Made by a program: the position numbers and the translations under genes
NCBI GenBank assembly: GCA_026188615.1
Contig: GCA_026188615.1_4525.1
Strand: one strand, 5' to 3'
From: a phage
DNA length: 64,000 bases
Shown: piece by piece, positions 59,871-64,000 of the stretch
How the letters are laid out: every line of letters starts with the position of its first letter
Numbering within the stretch: position 1 is the first letter of the stretch
Notes under the pieces: model-generated
What the model saw: the letters and a program-made list of their open reading frames with translations, nothing else
Told to the model about the DNA's origin: nothing
Database searches by the model: none

Positions 59871-62084
59871 TTATTTGGCCGCTTCCACGGCCTTCATGAA
59901 TTTAACGATTTGAGCGACCTGTTCTTTTGAAAGAGTACCACGTCGTCCCATGTATTCTGACACAATATGATAATTGATTTCGAATTCAATAACCATTTTA
60001 TCATCATTATCGTAAGCATTATCTTTAAGCTTATCGAAAATTTTAGCACATAATTCTAACTTCTTATTCAGGTCTCTGTTATCAGCACCTGCGAATCGAT
60101 TCCATCCCCAGCGATTATTTACTGTTGAGAGTTTTGCAAAGTCTTTACTGATTTCTTTGTTCTTAGAGCTAAAATACTTACTAAGGAAGTTAAGCTCTTC
60201 ATTACGAGTAATATGGTTTAGATAGGGTTGTGCTCTACGACTTGGTGATACATACTCATCATAATCTACTTTATCGATTAGCGTAATATAGTCATTAATT
60301 GATTTTTCGAACAAGCATTCTACTTCACCAAGTTTACGAACTTTCTTAGCAATCTGTGGGCGAACTACAGTGAACTCTTTAATACCTGATAAATCGGCAA
60401 TACGGGTCAAGAAATTGGAGTCGTAGTTCAACCAACCTTTATCTGCGTCAAGACATTCAGCATTAGAACGATTACGAACTATAACATAACCTTGGATTTC
60501 ATCTGCTTCACTTGCCGGAATAAAGAGATCTTCTGATACCCAAACATCGTTTTCATTCTTAAAGAACCGATGAGCACTTGGGGATTTAGGACGAGGCTGC
60601 GATGAACGTTCTTTAACTTCAATCCATGGTTTAACCAATGCAAGAATTTCAGAGGTCTTATAAAATTTAAGGCTATCACCAGCGAAAATAACCTTTAATC
60701 GTTCCAGAAGTTTCATTGCAACTTCATCTTCCGGGTTAATGAATAATACGCTACTACCCCATCCAGAAGGAACCTTATCAACGAGTGTTGATGCATCAGT
60801 GGAAGTCAAAGCATCGTTCAGAGCACGCATCATTGGTACGCGGCCTTTCACATCGTCAATAACGATATCAATATGCTTACGACTAATACCTAGCAGGCTA
60901 TTAATTGAAATAGTTGCAGACGAGCTTCCGCTTTCACGAATACGACGAAGTCGTGGGTTTGAAACGATATCATATACAACGCCAAGGTTGCACCATTCAG
61001 GTCCCATTTTAAAACGTTTGTACAACTCAGAATAAGTTAGTTGTTCTTTAGAGTATTTCAGTGATTCAATATTAGAACCGGCTTTTTCCATATATTTACG
61101 AGCAGAGTAACCAAGAGAATCGATTTCACGGAATACATGACGTGGATATTCACAATCAATCCATTTCTTAGAATCTTCAGCAAATAATTTTGCATCGATT
61201 TCTGCAACGCGTTTATGGATATTTGCTACTGTACGTTTATCAAATGACAATGCTTCACGAGACGGGGCTACATCTAGTTCACCCATAGGGAATTTAATAT
61301 AAGCTGTAGTGCATCGTGTCATCATCCAGGTTTGTTCTTTAATAACACTTCCGATTGGATATACAATACCACCATAAACAGCCATGATATTACCACGTTC
61401 ACCCCATGGAGCTTCCTTGGCTAAATAAACATCATCGAATTCCGGGAAGTATTTGATATCTTTAACACCGCGAACTTCTGCAATATCACCTAGAGGACGC
61501 ATAACATATGCAATTTCAGATGCGAACTTTTCAAAATCTTCTGGGTTAACCGGTACAACTACTTCAACGCCGGTCCGGTCATCAGGACCCATCTTATCTA
61601 CGAAGGTTGGCTTAATCTGTGGACCAGTGTCATCTTGGTAGATTACGTAACCACGAACTTCGCCATTATGATAAGAAGTAATGTTAAACGTATCGGTATA
61701 TGCTAGTGGAGCTTTAGAGCCGAGTCCGAATCCACCAATGAAATCGTTACTCGATGTTTTAGTTGAAGCAAAATATGAGTTATAGATTCCTGGCTCTTCA
61801 TCATTACCTCGAATGGTGAAATCACTCATACCAGGACCAAAGTCTCGAACTACAAAACGTGGGTCTAAACGACCTGGTGCCTGAACAATAAACTTATCAG
61901 TGCAACCATTAAGAATTTGTCCATCGATACAGTTGGTGATTAATTCACGTACACAAGCCAATTCTTTGTTTGTATAAAGGTCATTAGACAAAATCTTATA
62001 AACTTTGCTATTGCCTTGAATAGTGAATGCTGTGCTCTTACCGCCTGAACCAATAATCGTTTCTTTAGCCGTTTCAATAATCAT
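59871..62084 (-). CDS. rIIA: rIIA
   Basis: 737 aa; N-terminal GHKL-ATPase-like region; size and position as T4 rIIA. Confidence 0.85.
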   Translation of the reverse strand: MIIETAKETIIGSGGKSTAFTIQGNSKVYKILSNDLYTNKELACVRELITNCIDGQILNGCTDKFIVQAPGRLDPRFVVRDFGPGMSDFTIRGNDEEPGIYNSYFASTKTSSNDFIGGFGLGSKAPLAYTDTFNITSYHNGEVRGYVIYQDDTGPQIKPTFVDKMGPDDRTGVEVVVPVNPEDFEKFASEIAYVMRPLGDIAEVRGVKDIKYFPEFDDVYLAKEAPWGERGNIMAVYGGIVYPIGSVIKEQTWMMTRCTTAYIKFPMGELDVAPSREALSFDKRTVANIHKRVAEIDAKLFAEDSKKWIDCEYPRHVFREIDSLGYSARKYMEKAGSNIESLKYSKEQLTYSELYKRFKMGPEWCNLGVVYDIVSNPRLRRIRESGSSSATISINSLLGISRKHIDIVIDDVKGRVPMMRALNDALTSTDASTLVDKVPSGWGSSVLFINPEDEVAMKLLERLKVIFAGDSLKFYKTSEILALVKPWIEVKERSSQPRPKSPSAHRFFKNENDVWVSEDLFIPASEADEIQGYVIVRNRSNAECLDADKGWLNYDSNFLTRIADLSGIKEFTVVRPQIAKKVRKLGEVECLFEKSINDYITLIDKVDYDEYVSPSRRAQPYLNHITRNEELNFLSKYFSSKNKEISKDFAKLSTVNNRWGWNRFAGADNRDLNKKLELCAKIFDKLKDNAYDNDDKMVIEFEINYHIVSEYMGRRGTLSKEQVAQIVKFMKAVEAAK

Positions 62085-62096
62085 ATTTTTCTCTCA

Positions 62097-62297
62097 TCAC
62101 AAGTTACGTTTAAAAATTTCTGCCACTTCGAGAAGTTCTTCTTTAGTAGCTGTATCGGTTTGTATTTTATATCGAATTTCTTTAAAGCGTTCTTTAAAGG
62201 ACTCTGCTGACTCGATATCAAAAAATCTTTGGATAAGCCGGAATTCCCGGAGCACCGCTTTATCAAAAAGTTCCAAGTCCACGTTATATGTTCTCAT
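62097..62297 (-). CDS. Hypothetical protein, 66 aa (rIIA.1 position)
   Basis: ORF in track. Confidence 0.5.
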   Translation of the reverse strand: MRTYNVDLELFDKAVLREFRLIQRFFDIESAESFKERFKEIRYKIQTDTATKEELLEVAEIFKRNL

Positions 62298-62322
62298 AAT
62301 ATTCTCTTCAGTAGATTCCTAG

Positions 62323-62373
62323 GGCACTATTACTAAAGACCATATAATCTATCATCTTATGTGTAATAGTGCC
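62323..62373. repeat. 11-bp perfect inverted repeat (ggcactattac / gtaatagtgcc) with 29-nt loop
   Basis: Seen directly; lies between the glycosyltransferase-like gene and rIIA.1; the loop contains TATAAT on the plus strand. Confidence 0.5.
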
Positions 62374-62389
62374 TCAGGCTATTCAGGAT

Positions 62390-63490
62390 TTACGCTGTGA
62401 AGATTTTATCCCACATCGCAACAACTGCATCTCGGTTATACTTCTTCCATACTGCTTCAGCACGTTTAACTCGAGCTTCGTATGTGTCAGTGAATTCTAA
62501 TACAGCTTTTGTGTAAAGCGCAACTACTTCTTTCTTAGGAGTAGAGGAATCAATTTCTACACGCACAGTATCTGGGTCGTATTCAAATGTCGCATGAGGA
62601 TAATCCTTAAAAACTAACTGAATTACAGGGACACCTTTAGAGATGGCTTCAATAGAACTATTCTCTACCGTACCTGTGTCAGGACACGTATTAATAAGTG
62701 CTTTAGCTGTTTTAAGGCGTTCCATGATTTCACTGTGTGGAGCATCAATAATAACAGGATATTTAGCCGGTGGCACCCATTTGCTTGGACAGTATCCTGC
62801 ACCATTTTCGCCTAGTGCTTTAATCGCTTCAAGAGCAACATCAGTACGACGCATTTTAGTGTCATAACGTTGTGCACTAATAATCAGATCCGTCGCCGGA
62901 AGAACTTCAGGTTTCTCATTCAAACAAATAACCGGATAATCTTCGGCTTCAAACAACGGATTTGCTCGCCAATAATCATAATCAATTTTGTCAGTCAGAC
63001 CTGAAGTCATATAACAATATTTGCGTTCAAATTCACGGAAGGCTTTAGTAGGAGCATAACTCTTACCACCATTCTTATGAATTTGAATAGTCTGGTCCCA
63101 AATTTGAACAATGCCACGAGATACCGGTTCAAATGGTGTTGCCATAAAATTCTTATGAACTTTAGAGAGACCCGCGTCTTTAATTGCCTGAACGGTTAGT
63201 TTGGTCGGTTCCATTGTAACAACGAAATCGTACTCATTAATGCCGGCTAGTTCAACAATCTTACGAGCCATAGTATAACTCATACCTAGACTGAATTTAG
63301 TCAGATGACCAACAGGATGATGATTAACCTTCCAATCACCAAATGTGTCATTATCAAAGCCGATATAATCAATATCAGCGCCGGTGGACACAAGATATTT
63401 CAACACATTTAAATGTACTGCTTCAAGACCACCTTGTACACGGTCAGGATTAAATGGGACTGCACGAGACGGGATAAACATAACTTTCAT
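62390..63490 (-). CDS. GT-B fold glycosyltransferase-like protein, 366 aa
   Basis: N-terminal MKVMFIPS...RVQGGLEAVHLNVLKYLVSTG and C-terminal DTGTVENSSIEAISKGVPVI resemble the GT4-type nucleotide-sugar-binding signatures. Confidence 0.55.
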   Translation of the reverse strand: MKVMFIPSRAVPFNPDRVQGGLEAVHLNVLKYLVSTGADIDYIGFDNDTFGDWKVNHHPVGHLTKFSLGMSYTMARKIVELAGINEYDFVVTMEPTKLTVQAIKDAGLSKVHKNFMATPFEPVSRGIVQIWDQTIQIHKNGGKSYAPTKAFREFERKYCYMTSGLTDKIDYDYWRANPLFEAEDYPVICLNEKPEVLPATDLIISAQRYDTKMRRTDVALEAIKALGENGAGYCPSKWVPPAKYPVIIDAPHSEIMERLKTAKALINTCPDTGTVENSSIEAISKGVPVIQLVFKDYPHATFEYDPDTVRVEIDSSTPKKEVVALYTKAVLEFTDTYEARVKRAEAVWKKYNRDAVVAMWDKIFTA

Positions 63491-63516
63491 AATTAAGCCT
63501 TATTAAAATTAAAATG

Positions 63517-63534
63517 AAGCTCCCGAAGGAGCTT
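63517..63534 (-). terminator. Hairpin aagctcc-UUCG-ggagctt followed by a U-rich run (minus strand)
   Basis: Seen directly; downstream of the homing-endonuclease-like ORF. Confidence 0.45.
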
Positions 63535-64000
63535 AGGACATCCAACACATTTTATAACCTTTGCAGGTTCTGTTAGGATTATTTAATGCTTTCAATATAT
63601 TAGAAGACCCTATATCTAAATACTCCCTTAATTCATAAAGATAGTTAAAATCAATAGTTTCACCTGTTTTTACACTTGTGATTCTTATAGGCCTTCTTTC
63701 ATATTTAGATTTATACAACTCTCTAGTCTTAGCTTTAGTTTCTTCCGACCTAGGAGTGTATGGTTTAAATCCTTTTGTTTTAAATGTTTCCATTCTTGAT
63801 TTAGTTATTTTATCCTGGTGTTCTTTTGTTTTTACAGGTGCTTTTCGCCCATTCTCCCAAGATAACTTGTTGGCCTGTATTATTTTATCTATTGCTTCTT
63901 GCGTATGAGTTTTACCATAAAATGGATTTAATTCGCCTATACGTTGTGAAGCAATATGTGACATTAATTCTCTTGTTGCTTTAGTATGTTTTTTACCTTT
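63533..64000 (-). CDS. Homing-endonuclease-like protein, C-terminal DNA-binding part; N-terminus beyond the window end
   Basis: Frame stays open to position 64000; NUMOD3-like repeats (NPFYGKTHTQEA; GKKHTKATRE); catalytic family (GIY-YIG or HNH) cannot be seen. Confidence 0.5.
   Translation of the reverse strand, partial: KGKKHTKATRELMSHIASQRIGELNPFYGKTHTQEAIDKIIQANKLSWENGRKAPVKTKEHQDKITKSRMETFKTKGFKPYTPRSEETKAKTRELYKSKYERRPIRITSVKTGETIDFNYLYELREYLDIGSSNILKALNNPNRTCKGYKMCWMS

Noticed and set aside
62390-63490. Gene 60 with translational bypass at the T4-equivalent position
   Set aside because: No topoisomerase-like sequence or bypass hairpin is present downstream of rIIA.1; the locus holds a glycosyltransferase-like gene instead.

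Overview
This window reads as a contiguous segment of a T4-like (T-even, Straboviridae/Tevenvirinae-type) myovirus genome, AT-rich and densely packed, with gene order and strand syntenic to phage T4 from rnlB through rIIA. The plus strand carries late genes: uvsW, baseplate hub genes 51-27-28-29-48-54, long tail fibre genes 34-35-36-37, a T2-type gp38 adhesin and holin t. The minus strand carries early and middle genes: hoc, inh-like, uvsY, 25, 26, alt, DNA ligase 30, rIII, 31, cd, pseT, spanins, alc, rnlA, denA, nrdB, nrdA, td, frd, 32, 59, 33, dsbA, rnh, asiA, motA, 52, ndd-like, rIIB and rIIA. Calls rest on reading the supplied translations and the DNA by eye against remembered T4 protein families; no database search was run. 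Regulatory signals are recognisable: late promoters (TATAAATA), MotA-box middle promoters, a family of early-promoter cassettes carrying inverted repeats, and many GC-rich hairpins with UUCG/CGAA tetraloops. Departures from canonical T4 worth a second look: (1) a class I DAHP synthase gene inserted between cd and the pseT block; (2) a GT-B glycosyltransferase-like gene next to a homing-endonuclease-like ORF where T4 has gene 60; (3) a 1090-bp group I intron in nrdB with an intact HNH endonuclease, while td is intronless; (4) a free-standing MobE-like HNH endonuclease wedged between nrdA and nrdB; (5) a Hoc with a tandemly duplicated Ig-like domain; (6) gp37 with a C-terminal intramolecular-chaperone domain. 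No CRISPR array, tRNA gene, integrase or transposase was recognised.
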